This document shows positions 1 through 9,498 of a stretch of DNA of 64,000 nt, piece after piece. Numbering within the stretch: position 1 is the first letter of the stretch; every line of letters starts with the position of its first letter. This stretch comes from Candidatus Bathyarchaeota archaeon (GTDB lineage Archaea; Thermoproteota; Bathyarchaeia; Bathyarchaeales; Bathycorpusculaceae), in NCBI GenBank assembly GCA_963720565.1, contig CAVRFW010000009.1, positions 384,001 to 448,000 of the forward strand. The letters are read 5' to 3'. Under the pieces are notes generated by a model that was given only the letters and a program-made list of their open reading frames with translations, was not told where the DNA came from and made no database searches. A program made the translations under genes and the position numbers.

Positions 1-122
1 AATGATTAGTCAAGAAACCTTTATTGCTTGTTGTTCTTGAAGAGGAACAATCTGTTCCTTCGGGAGAGTATTAAGGCAGTTAGCTCTATTCTTGCAGAAG
101 AGAACATAGTCAGATGATTAGG

Positions 123-598
123 ATGAACAAAGGAAGTCAGATAACTCTTGGTTGCTGTTTTGCTTCTTCTAACAACAATTATTCTCTGCGCTGTCTATTC
201 AATAAGTCTTAATCAGGAATTGGTTCAAAAAGACTCAAAAATAAATGAGCTAACTAGATTTAAATATTGAACTTCAAAATCAATTGGTAAATCAGCAGAA
301 ACCATACTTGGTTACTTCTCTTGGTGTTTCAATAGAGCCTAGAAATGTTACGTATCCTCATCCTCACTTTACAGTAGAAGGCGTAGTTTTCAATGTTGGG
401 AACAGAATTGCATACAATGCCAGACTGGACATAAGCGCTTATTACAAGAATGGGCTTTCAGCTTTTAACATGTCATTGCCGTTAGGAGATCTAGGAAGAT
501 GGCAGGTAGCACAAGTGAGCAAGATAGTGGCTACTTCTGACTGGATAGGCAATTACACTATTACACCCGTGTGGGATGACTGCTCCGTAGACAAGTAA
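123..598 (+). pseudogene. Frameshifted membrane-anchored/secreted protein (N-terminal TM, Ig-like 'V.N.G..A' body)
   Basis: ATG at 123 and a hydrophobic AVLLLLTTIIL stretch lie in different frames from ORF 284..598; architecture resembles 4851..5264. Confidence 0.5.
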
Positions 599-723
599 AG
601 TCTATAGCTTGTATTCAAATCCTTATTCAAAAAACTTTGACTAATCAGCAGGCAAGTTTAGTCAAGAAACCTTTACAAAAACCCCTTTTAGCATGTAGCA
701 ACCCATTAATGGTTGGGGTTGCT

Positions 724-1887
724 GTGAAGAAAACAGCAATAGCAATAGCAATCACCTTTGCGCTGCTATTTAGTCTACTGATTGAAGAGGATGTTGCTAG
801 AGTAGTCAAAGCTAATCCTTACCAGGGAGCAGATCATACAACATGGAGATTCTTCTCTCCCAAAAACCAAACAACCTACAACACTAACAGCCTAAATTTT
901 AATTTTACTTGCACAACCAATGATGTATGGAATGAATACTACCATCACATAGACTTAGAGTACATCTTAGACGGTCCAGATTATTACAATGGCAGCACAT
1001 ACGAAATGCCTTATGCGGATGATAGAATATTCATCGAAGCACCTTTGGTTTCAGAAGCACTCTCTGGAATGGGTAATGTTTCCCGAAAAGTCTTTGAGTA
1101 CAGCGCTCAATTGAGCAATTTAGGTGATGGACAACATACCTTAACTATTTATAAAGAGTTTAATACGTGGGGTCCTGGAACACCTTTTGTTTCAACAGAG
1201 CATGTAACAATCTTCTTTAACATTGAAACAAGCACGCTTGAACCTGAACCGCAATTTGACCTTAAAATGATGCAAGCTCACCTATATGGAAACTCTTGCA
1301 GCCTCACATATAACATAACAAATTCTTTAGGAAAATCTAGCTCTAATAAGACGGTAATTGAAGTTTATTCCATAGAGCTTTTTTCAAACGGAAACCTATT
1401 AGGCAGTAAAGGTCAAGGATTCTTTGTTGGCGACAATTTTGATTCTGAGACTCTATTTGCTTTGACAAGCCATATTCCATATGCCAGTTCTGGAATTTCA
1501 AGCATAAACTATAACGGGTCAAAATTAAAGACAGATTCACTTCAACTTTCACATTCACTTAATTCTCAGGACCTTTCCGGAACTGTTTTGATAAGAGTTG
1601 AAAGGCTTGGTTTAATCATTGTTGAGGACGAATCTGTTGATGATAACTTGTCAAGTGGAGAACTGTTTGATGAAATAGTGCTTGAAAGGCATGGAGATGG
1701 ATTTGTGTATGATGCTTTGCCTGAGCCAACTCCAACAATGCCAAATATGGGTCCAACACAGCCACCACCCTACTTTGATCTTCATCCTGAGTTTGTTTAT
1801 TTGATAATTATGCTGCTGGTTGTGATTGCAGTTGGATTTGGGTTCTGGCTATACTTCAAGAAAAGTGGTGGGCATAAGAGTCCATGA
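724..1887 (+). CDS. Secreted/cell-surface protein with Ig-like domain, Pro/Thr linker and C-terminal TM anchor
   Basis: Likely GTG start at 724 (MKKTAIAIA signal); PEPTPT linker; TM ending WLYFKK. Confidence 0.75.
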   Translation: MKKTAIAIAITFALLFSLLIEEDVARVVKANPYQGADHTTWRFFSPKNQTTYNTNSLNFNFTCTTNDVWNEYYHHIDLEYILDGPDYYNGSTYEMPYADDRIFIEAPLVSEALSGMGNVSRKVFEYSAQLSNLGDGQHTLTIYKEFNTWGPGTPFVSTEHVTIFFNIETSTLEPEPQFDLKMMQAHLYGNSCSLTYNITNSLGKSSSNKTVIEVYSIELFSNGNLLGSKGQGFFVGDNFDSETLFALTSHIPYASSGISSINYNGSKLKTDSLQLSHSLNSQDLSGTVLIRVERLGLIIVEDESVDDNLSSGELFDEIVLERHGDGFVYDALPEPTPTMPNMGPTQPPPYFDLHPEFVYLIIMLLVVIAVGFGFWLYFKKSGGHKSP

Positions 1888-2798
1888 AAAGAACAGCATT
1901 AGCACTAATCTTACTGTTTCTAATCTCTGGGACTATGGGAGAAGCTTTAGCTCAAACAACACTCACCACATCTGTTTCGGCTCCTGCCATTGAATGGCAA
2001 GAAGACTACGGACATCCTGGTCCATATGATGATACCAATGTTCAATCAGCATCCAATCTGATTCAGACAAGTGATGGCGGGTATGCCTTTATGGATTTGG
2101 GTTGGGGTTACCAGTTTACTTTTGTTCCTTCAACAATTTATAGGGTTGATTCTTCGGGAAGTCTACAATGGACCAAGACCATTGATTTCTTAGCAGCGTC
2201 AAAAATTATCCAAACGAACGATGAGGGATACGAAGTAACAGGACACTGGACTACGTATGGCACAACCTACGAGTATACCCCTACACTCATCAAAACTGAC
2301 CCTCAAGGAAACATACAATGGGCTGCAAATTATTCGAGCATACCAGACTTGGGCATTTCCTCAACCGAGATTAAAACCAGTGATGGCGGGTTTGCTTATT
2401 GGAAAGATGGAAGCATTACCAAAACCGATTCTGAAAATAACACGCAATGGGTAAAAATTCTCACCTATACGGGTGCCGACGGTACTGCTCCTCTTAAGTT
2501 ATCTTCGGTTATTGAAACATCTGATGGAGCATTTGCTGCATTGGGTGTTGGATACAGTTTGTTTGATAATCCTCGCACGGGCAGAGTCTACTTGATTAAG
2601 ACAGAAGCGTTCTTGCCTTTGCCTTCACAGACTCCATTGCCAACGCCTATGCCAACACCAACGCCAGAACCCATCTCAACAGGATTAGTCATAGCCATCG
2701 TGATACTGGTTGCAATAAGCACCATAGCCCTAGTAGTTGTCACAGGCGCGGGCTTGCTGGTTTACTTCAAGAAACAACGTAGGAATGAGATTCCATGA
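1884..2798 (+). CDS. Secreted beta-propeller-like protein (QTSDGGY repeats) with C-terminal TM anchor
   Basis: Signal MKRTALAL; repeated IQTSDGGY/KTDxxGNxQW motifs; PTPMPTP linker; GLLVYFKK. Confidence 0.8.
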   Translation: MKRTALALILLFLISGTMGEALAQTTLTTSVSAPAIEWQEDYGHPGPYDDTNVQSASNLIQTSDGGYAFMDLGWGYQFTFVPSTIYRVDSSGSLQWTKTIDFLAASKIIQTNDEGYEVTGHWTTYGTTYEYTPTLIKTDPQGNIQWAANYSSIPDLGISSTEIKTSDGGFAYWKDGSITKTDSENNTQWVKILTYTGADGTAPLKLSSVIETSDGAFAALGVGYSLFDNPRTGRVYLIKTEAFLPLPSQTPLPTPMPTPTPEPISTGLVIAIVILVAISTIALVVVTGAGLLVYFKKQRRNEIP

Positions 2799-3102
2799 AG
2801 AAAACAGCATTAGCACTAGCATTTGCATCGTTGCTGTTAGCCATTCAATAATGGCTGGAATGTAACCTTTTGATGTGGCAGAAGCAGACTATTATCCCCC
2901 GCCATCCTTCGAAGTTTTTTCTCTATTCCCTCCACCTGTGGTGTATTCAAATGTCTCTGTCCTGCTCTAAGTTCGTTTCAACGTTTTGCCAAGTGAACCC
3001 GACATCACTGTCATCCGTTACAGTCTGGATGGAAAAGCCAACATCACACTTGGTAATTTAACAAAAGAAGGCAAAGTATGGTATTGGACTAACAGCGCGC
3101 GC
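2795..3102 (+). pseudogene. Decayed, truncated paralog of the same secreted-protein family
   Basis: MKKTALALAF start overlapping the previous stop, internal stops and frameshift, YSLDGKANIT motif, ends at GCGCGCGC 3095-3102. Confidence 0.65.
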
Positions 3103-3208
3103 TTGTGGTTCCTTGGAGTGGTCAGTTCTGCTTATAAGGACCATTAAAACTAAATCAGGGAGCAGTCTAGAATGAGATGGATAACTTCAGAATCTGTGGG
3201 GACGTAAA

Positions 3209-3574
3209 ATGGAACCCAAGAAGTCGTTCAAAACTATAGATGAATACATCTTAAGTTTTCCAAAGAATGTGCAAAATATTTTGCAGGAACTGAGGCAAGT
3301 CATAAGAGAGACTGCACCTGAAGCTGAAGAGGCAATTAGCTATCAGATGCCTGCTTTCAGATTGAATGGCATCTTGGTGTATTTTGCAGCTTTTAAGAAT
3401 CATATTAGTTTTTTCCCTACTTCTTCAGCCATTGAGGAGTTCAAAGAGAAATTGTCTCCTTATGAAATAAGCAAGGGCACAGTTAGGTTTCCCATGAATG
3501 AGCCGATTCCATTTGACTTGATAAAGGAAATGTTGAGGTTTAGAGTTAAGGAAAACTTGAGTAAGAAGAAATAA
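3209..3574 (+). CDS. DUF1801/YdhG-like protein
   Basis: TIDEYI...APEAEEAISYQMPAF...YFAAFKNHI...KGTVRFP. Confidence 0.9.
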   Translation: MEPKKSFKTIDEYILSFPKNVQNILQELRQVIRETAPEAEEAISYQMPAFRLNGILVYFAAFKNHISFFPTSSAIEEFKEKLSPYEISKGTVRFPMNEPIPFDLIKEMLRFRVKENLSKKK

Positions 3575-3674
3575 CGGAAGCACATGCAATAAAACATATT
3601 TCAATTTGGAGCATAGAGAAAACTTTGCTGCGTATTCATAAAGGAAGAATCTCAATAATCAGAATAGTGACAAA

Positions 3675-3878
3675 ATGAGTCCAATGGACTTCATGGTGTT
3701 TACTCTACTTGGACTGTTAGCACTAGTTGGAGCTAATGCAATACTTTGGTCAATAGCAAAAAAAGCAGAACATGCTGAGAAGAAAGAAACTCAGACCTTA
3801 ATCGTTAGCGTTATTGCCTATGCTATTTGCATGGCCTTTTTGGCTCTGTTCTATTCTTACGGCACTCCAATAGCATGA
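3675..3878 (+). CDS. Small two-TM membrane protein
   Basis: 67 aa, two hydrophobic segments, GTGA SD-like upstream. Confidence 0.65.
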   Translation: MSPMDFMVFTLLGLLALVGANAILWSIAKKAEHAEKKETQTLIVSVIAYAICMAFLALFYSYGTPIA

Positions 3879-3981
3879 CCAACTCTGTAATACTCTCTTT
3901 CTTGGTGCGTAGAGAAAACTTTGCAGAACAAACCTAAACTCTTTAATCTAAAAATACTATAATAACTAGTAGGGAATACAT

Positions 3982-4377
3982 TTGAAGAGGCTATTGTATT
4001 GGGTTCTCTTCATTGTTCTACTGCTTGTGCCTATTGTGATTAACTTTGTCTTTATAGTTGATATTCTTCTTTTCGCCCAGAGAGCCTTTGCATATTATAG
4101 GTATGTTACGCCAGATGTTCTTTTGAGGGATATTCTATTCGCAGAGGGAGCTGTGCTTCTTGTTTTTGGAGCTCTTGTTGGCGGAGTCACTCTGTATAAT
4201 GCTTGGGTTCCAACAGATGTTAGAAAGGCACAATTCACAGAGTATATTTGGAACTGGAAGAAGATAAGGGAAGAACGCAATTTTCCAACTGGATTGATGG
4301 TTGGATTGGCACTCATAGCTTTTGGAATTATCTATGTTTTGGTGGCAATATTCTTTCCAGGTTTTCCAGTGCAGTAG
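3982..4377 (+). CDS. Three-TM membrane protein, unknown function
   Basis: 131 aa hydrophobic ORF with upstream TTTAA box. Confidence 0.7.
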   Translation: MKRLLYWVLFIVLLLVPIVINFVFIVDILLFAQRAFAYYRYVTPDVLLRDILFAEGAVLLVFGALVGGVTLYNAWVPTDVRKAQFTEYIWNWKKIREERNFPTGLMVGLALIAFGIIYVLVAIFFPGFPVQ

Positions 4378-4461
4378 GAATCATTTGGTTTGTGAGCGTA
4401 GAGAAAAATCTAAAATCAAAGGTAGACCAAATGTAACAAAAGACTCTACAAAGTGATAGTC

Positions 4462-4737
4462 ATGTCTAACAAGTTTAAATTAATGGTTTTGGTTAACATC
4501 TTGTTGGGTGTGTTTTTCGTTGCTCTCAATTTTTTGTGTAGCTCTCTTGCTACTGGTGACCATCGTGCTCTATGGAGTCCTCTATAGTTAACGTTTTACA
4601 ACATTTATGCTTTAGGAGACATTGGTGCTGCATTTCCTAACTTTGCTTTCTACTTCTTTTGGGTCTCAACAATAGTCAATCTATATTTCATAATCATGCT
4701 TGGAAGAAGCAAAGAGACAAAACATAACCCAACCTAA
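4462..4737 (+). pseudogene. Small membrane protein interrupted by in-frame TAG (4585-4587)
   Basis: Manual translation MSNKFKLMVLVNILLGVFF...WSPL*LTFY...PNFAFYFFWVSTIVNLYFII...*; not in ORF track. Confidence 0.6.
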
Positions 4738-4850
4738 AATGCGTTTATTCTTTTTGGTGCGTGGACACAACTCCCAAATATTTTTTTTGATTTGGATTTA
4801 GCGATAATGCTTTTACATTCAATAAGAATCATTATTAGCTAGGATCACAG

Positions 4851-5264
4851 GTGAAAGAGAAAACAATAGCAATTCTTCTAATCGCCATTATTGCTTTTTC
4901 CATTGCTGGTTGGGCTGTTTACAGTCAATTCACTCAAGAATCTCCAGACTCAACTATAAGGGTAGAAATCTCAGAGTTTAGTTGGAGAAGTGGCGTTGAC
5001 TCTGCCCCTGGTTGGGAGGGTATAATTCTTAGAAACATGGTTAACATAACAATCCAAAACAGTGGTTCAAAGAATGTTAGTGGATTAACTTTAACGGTTA
5101 AAGTAGTGTATGATGGAAATGAAGTTATACATTCAGAAGGTTTCTCTAAAAATATTGATGTGCTTCATGCTGGAGAAAGCCTAAAGATTTCAGAATATGT
5201 TTATTCTTATGTGAGCTTTCAGACCAGAAGGAGCAGAATGTGTCAGCACACTGCTTCAAGGTAA
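4851..5264 (+). CDS. Membrane-anchored Ig-like protein, 3' end probably frameshifted
   Basis: N-terminal TM; VNITIQNSGSKNVSGL...LHAGES. Confidence 0.6.
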   Translation: MKEKTIAILLIAIIAFSIAGWAVYSQFTQESPDSTIRVEISEFSWRSGVDSAPGWEGIILRNMVNITIQNSGSKNVSGLTLTVKVVYDGNEVIHSEGFSKNIDVLHAGESLKISEYVYSYVSFQTRRSRMCQHTASR

Positions 5265-5737
5265 TACTGTTTTGGATAATAGAACAGACCCAATAACTTG
5301 GGATTGAGAAACGCACATGAAACAAAGATGCTTTAAAACATCTTATTTCATCAAAAACTGGCCTGAAAACACTCTATAAGAGCCACAGAATGCCTGGTTC
5401 AATACACTTTCTTCTTGGACTTATGATTTTCTTGTATGGAGGAAAAACTGTCTAAGATGCTCATGCAAGTGTGAATCTATCCATGCTAAAACAGAATAAT
5501 CTAACATTGATCCATGGAAATTGAGCTAAATCAACATTGACCTGGAGCTTAGTCCTTCATCAGCCTTTCCGCCTGTGTAGATGAACTACTATACCATGGT
5601 GAAGCTCTATGGATAAAATACCGTTGTTACCGTTGATCCGCAAAGAGTGTGCTAGGGCATTGGCAAGAAGATTTGAGCTGAATAGAATGCTGAGCCAATT
5701 TCCCATGAATGGCTTCAAGGGATATCAGTCCTGAATT

Positions 5738-6490
5738 CTTGAAATGTTTGAAGTGAAAAAACAGAAATCTGGTGTCTAAGTAGTTTCAGTTTTGCTTTTG
5801 ACAGGACTTTATGCATTCTACAAGAGATTCGAGGTTTTCTACGTCTTCATTTAAGGTGACGAAATTGCCAACTAGGCTGACTATTTTTGTGGGAATAATT
5901 ATTACTACCTTGCTTAAGAAAGGTCTCTTGAATCCAAGTTCTGTCGCAGCATTATCCGTCAAACCGACCTCTAAGCCTGTAACTTGCCAGTTGCTGAGTT
6001 CTACGTCAAATCCTTCAATTTCCCCAATAGCCTTGCCTTTGGCACCAACTACTTTCTTGCCTTTGAGTTCAACGGAGCTAACCAAAGTTTCTCTTTCTGC
6101 AATATCTTCAAGATTTCTAATTGGCTCTCTAAGGGTTATTATGTCGCCAACAGTTTTTACAAGCTGGGTTGGTAAACATACTGTTATTTTGCTTAGGAAT
6201 GGTTTTTTGAATCCGAGTTCTGCGGTAGCCTCATCACTCAAGTTGACATTGAAAGTGTTGGCTTGCCAAGTGTTTGAATTGATGTTTACGCCATCCACTT
6301 CTCCCAGTATGTAACCTTCAGACCCGACTACTTTCTTACCCTCTAAAACAGTAGGATTCACTGTAAATCACCCATTTTGATAATAGTGCTTGCTTATCTA
6401 AATAAATATGCTAAACTAACATCAGGTTTGCAAAAAAACTAAAATCTTTTGATTGTTTATGGAAGCCCTTGAAATGTTTGAAGTGAAAAA
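5738..6490 (+). repeat. Perfect 23-bp direct repeat CTTGAAATGTTTGAAGTGAAAAA (5738-5760, 6468-6490)
   Basis: Identical copies flank the PRC-barrel gene. Confidence 0.9.
5786..6361 (-). CDS. Tandem PRC-barrel domain protein
   Basis: Two internal repeats LxGKKVVGxxGxxxGExxG...WQ...ATELGFKxPFLSK. Confidence 0.85.
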   Translation of the reverse strand: MNPTVLEGKKVVGSEGYILGEVDGVNINSNTWQANTFNVNLSDEATAELGFKKPFLSKITVCLPTQLVKTVGDIITLREPIRNLEDIAERETLVSSVELKGKKVVGAKGKAIGEIEGFDVELSNWQVTGLEVGLTDNAATELGFKRPFLSKVVIIIPTKIVSLVGNFVTLNEDVENLESLVECIKSCQKQN

Positions 6491-6560
6491 GACGACCGTA
6501 ATTGCTCAGGCTTTTAATGTTTATTAGAGCATGTCTTTACTTAGTGGTTTAGTGAGCCAA

Positions 6561-6941
6561 ATGGTTGACCACACGATTGTGCATTTTGAAATTCCTGCAG
6601 ATGATGTGGAAAAGCTGAGCAAATTCTATTCGAAGCTGTTTGGTTGGAAGATAGTTAGGATGCCTGGTGAAACTGAGTACTGGGGAATCCAGACTGTTCC
6701 TGTTGACGAAAAAGGAATGCTTCTCAGAAATGGCGTCAATGGTGGGATTATGAAGCGGCAAAACCCTGAGCACAAACCAGTGAATTACATTGCTGTTGAA
6801 TCCGTGGATGAATACGTCAAGAAGATTGAGGAATTAGGCGGCAAAGTATTGGTTCCCAAAATGGAGGTTCCTGGTGTGGGTTGGTGGGCTATGGCGCTGG
6901 ACCCAGATGGAAATCAGTTTGCCATTATTCAAGGCATGTAA
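6561..6941 (+). CDS. VOC/glyoxalase-family protein
   Basis: IVHFEIPADD...FYSKLFGW...VESVDE...GGKV...DPDGN. Confidence 0.9.
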   Translation: MVDHTIVHFEIPADDVEKLSKFYSKLFGWKIVRMPGETEYWGIQTVPVDEKGMLLRNGVNGGIMKRQNPEHKPVNYIAVESVDEYVKKIEELGGKVLVPKMEVPGVGWWAMALDPDGNQFAIIQGM

Positions 6942-7032
6942 ATCTTAGTGGCCAAAATTCCCGATCTTTTTTCTTAAATAATTAGCTTCTTAACTGTTTG
7001 TGAAGCAAAAATAGATTGGACCGTTTCTAATG

Positions 7033-7773
7033 TTAATAGTGCAATTTACGAAGGAGTCTTTTCTGTTCTATTTCAGTTATCTTTCCACTCCTAAGTTCCC
7101 ATTCTGTAAAATTTCTGAATTTTGATGGTCTAGTGAAGATTACATAGTTATGTTGATCCAAGAGTTTAGCTAAAGTGTGCCCTCTGCATGATTGTTCAAT
7201 TTGTTTTTTTGCTTCAGCATAAGAGAGGTTCTTTTCTTCCATGCAGCTTGCTATTGCCTCTTTCGCTTCTTTTTGCATTTTTGGCAGAAATTCCCAAACA
7301 TAAGCTGTTCCATAATCTTTGTTAACGTTTTTCAATATCCCTGCTCTAATTTTTCTATCCCACATAACCATTAATTTAGGCAAAATTGTATGAAGTGCTT
7401 TTGAAGCGTCTGTTGATTGGTGCTTGTCGCTCAAGTTTTTGGCAGTCTTATCAAATATGTGGATGATAGATTTCTCAACTTGCTTGTTGTCAAGGTTGAT
7501 GTTATCTATACTTTCATTCTTTAAGAGCTGGATATGAGGCGCTATTTCACTATAGAGACGCTGAAAAGTCTCAGGTTTTCCAACAAAGAAAGGGTCCCAT
7601 GACCTGATAAATCTCAATAGTTTTTTCGCTTCGCCATTGTTGACAGTTTCTGTCCATTGCTTAACATCTTTTTGCCTCATGTAGTCGTCGTAAAGTTCTC
7701 CCATTGGTTCAATTTCATAATAGGCTTTGTGAGTGATCTCAAGGTCACGATAATGCATTTCATAGTCTCCCAA
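7033..7773 (-). CDS. Hypothetical protein, possibly HhH/DNA-glycosylase-like fold
   Basis: ASKALHTILPKLMVMWD and TLAKLLD motifs. Confidence 0.6.
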   Translation of the reverse strand: MGDYEMHYRDLEITHKAYYEIEPMGELYDDYMRQKDVKQWTETVNNGEAKKLLRFIRSWDPFFVGKPETFQRLYSEIAPHIQLLKNESIDNINLDNKQVEKSIIHIFDKTAKNLSDKHQSTDASKALHTILPKLMVMWDRKIRAGILKNVNKDYGTAYVWEFLPKMQKEAKEAIASCMEEKNLSYAEAKKQIEQSCRGHTLAKLLDQHNYVIFTRPSKFRNFTEWELRSGKITEIEQKRLLRKLHY

Positions 7774-8117
7774 ACGGTCTTTCTTCTAGTTGGCAAAATT
7801 ATATTTTACTGAGTTGAGGGAAAAACTTTGTGCAGCTGCAACTTTGCAGACTATCACCCAAGGTCTTGCCGCTCAATGTCTGTTCATGATGTTTTTTCGA
7901 CTTCGACCCAACCAAACCATTCTGTTAGTGTAACCTGAGTTTTGAGTCTTAATTAGGTTCCTATGATTTAAAATGAAGGTACACAGATTATCTTAGTCAA
8001 GACACTAGCAGGAATCATCTATGTCTGCACTAAGTATCAGAGAAATATCAGGGAAAACTTATAGCGCTGATGTATTTTTAGTTTAAGAACGAGTTAATGG
8101 TCTAGGGTTGGCAGAGA

Positions 8118-8399
8118 ATGTCTCCAAAGAAAGAAGCTTTCAGAGTTCTTCCTTCCAGTCAAAAAATCAAAATTTTTCAAAGAGAAGCTAAGCAGCTGAT
8201 TAATGGTCCCTATGACTGCCCTAAATGTGGCAAGACTCTATTGCAGATTGTGATATCGACCAAGAAAAATGAAGTACATGCTGTTTGCGTTTGTGGGATA
8301 GATGAACATTTGACGTATGCTCCAGTCTTTCAAGGTGTAGATTACTACAGCAAGTTTTTAGATAAATGGAAAAGAGAAAATAGGAGAAGGTTGTATTGA
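8118..8399 (+). CDS. Elf1-like Zn-ribbon protein
   Basis: YDCPKCG...AVCVCG...VDYYSKFLD resembles Elf1. Confidence 0.55.
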   Translation: MSPKKEAFRVLPSSQKIKIFQREAKQLINGPYDCPKCGKTLLQIVISTKKNEVHAVCVCGIDEHLTYAPVFQGVDYYSKFLDKWKRENRRRLY

Positions 8400-8576
8400 G
8401 TTGTGCTTCCTGTATTTTATTAGGTACTGGGTTTTGGGGATTGGAATCTTGTTCCAACACCGCGCGTGTTTATGGAACTAGCCCCGATTGCCTAGTTCGG
8501 CTCTAAGGTTTTTCCGTTAAGTCCTTTCAGCATTTGCAGTCGAAAGAAGAAAGAACGAATACTATGTTGAAAGAAT

Positions 8577-8744
8577 ATGGAAAGACAGATATCCGGCTCT
8601 GCATATATTATCTGTGGAGAAGGTTTTTTGAGCAAACGCAGGTTTTTTGATGCAACAGAGTGTGGGGGCTGCATCTACAAAGGCGGCAGTTACTGTTGGG
8701 GTCAATGCTCTTTGAACATCTGGAAAAGAGACAGAGAATACTAA
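8577..8744 (+). pseudogene. Cys-rich remnant, possibly the C-terminal SPASM part of a radical SAM gene
   Basis: Manual translation ...ECGGCIYKGGSYCWGQC...; follows CGCGCG at 8461. Confidence 0.3.
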
Positions 8745-9117
8745 TCCTTTTTAGATTGTGCAGAGTGAAGGCGGAAAGAGAAGAAAAGAGTTCTGATAGA
8801 ACATTTCTTGTGAGAAAAAGAGGGAGAGGGAAAGAGTCTATTTTGAAGTTGTTGGTTCCCTCTTTACTGGTGTGTTTGATAGCAAAGTACTCAATGCTAT
8901 TTGCGTAAGTTTAATCTCTGTTTCTTTAGCTTCGTTTTCAAGAATCTTCGTGTTGTTGAAGCTTTGAGTTTTCCGGGATAGGCTTTGGCTCTTTCCCTCA
9001 AATAATATTAGGCTATGAAAATATATAAGAATTGCGTACTGCGGATACAGCCAGGCTTCAAGCCATTAATTAGTATGTTTGAAGCGAAAGGAATGAGGGT
9101 TCTATCTCGAGAAGCGG

Positions 9118-9498
9118 TTATGGTTGATTGCTGAACATTGGGCTGGAAATCACCAAGTCTGCTGTTGCCCTGTTACAGGCTGTTGGTATATTGTATAGTA
9201 CTGCCATTCTGAGAAGAGCTTTAACATCGACATCATGAGGTAGAGATCCTAGGGGATCCCAGAAGAATATCAAATAATCCAGTTTCTTGTTGGCAATCAT
9301 GGCTCCAATCTCCATGTCTCCTCCATGTGCACCATCTTTTAGCAGCTTGATCTGCAAAGATGTTTTTTCAATGATCTTCTTTCCTGTGCCACCAGTTGCA
9401 TACAGTGTATAATGAGATAACGTTCCTTTGTTGAAGTCGCACCATTCAATCAAATCTTTCTTCTTGTTGTCATGTGCCACAAGAGCAATATCTTTCAT
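9118..9498 (-). CDS. mgsA: Methylglyoxal synthase
   Basis: IALVAHDNKK, ATGGTG, GGD..IGA, FFWDPL..PHDVDVKALLR, PTACNRATAD. Confidence 0.95.
   Translation of the reverse strand: MKDIALVAHDNKKKDLIEWCDFNKGTLSHYTLYATGGTGKKIIEKTSLQIKLLKDGAHGGDMEIGAMIANKKLDYLIFFWDPLGSLPHDVDVKALLRMAVLYNIPTACNRATADLVISSPMFSNQP

Larger units (their letters stand above)
3606..4772 (+). repeat. Dispersed intergenic motif TTGGTGCGTAGAGAAAACTTTGC-like, four clear copies (3606-3628, 3902-3924, 4390-4411, 4754-4772)
   Basis: Each copy lies 12-31 bp after the stop codon of a small + strand gene. Confidence 0.75.

Noticed and set aside
4585..4587. In-frame TAG as pyrrolysine recoding
   Set aside because: Isolated case in a decaying accessory gene; no pyl genes in the window; other genes use TAG as stop
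3606..4772. Canonical integron attC sites
   Set aside because: No RYYYAAC/GTTRRRY ends or long imperfect palindrome; no IntI in the window
5460..5735. Possible GNAT remnant (VDP...GIG); similarly HTH-like (about 40125-40395) and Usp-like (about 30600-30750) remnants
   Set aside because: Multiple stops and too little signal to support a call
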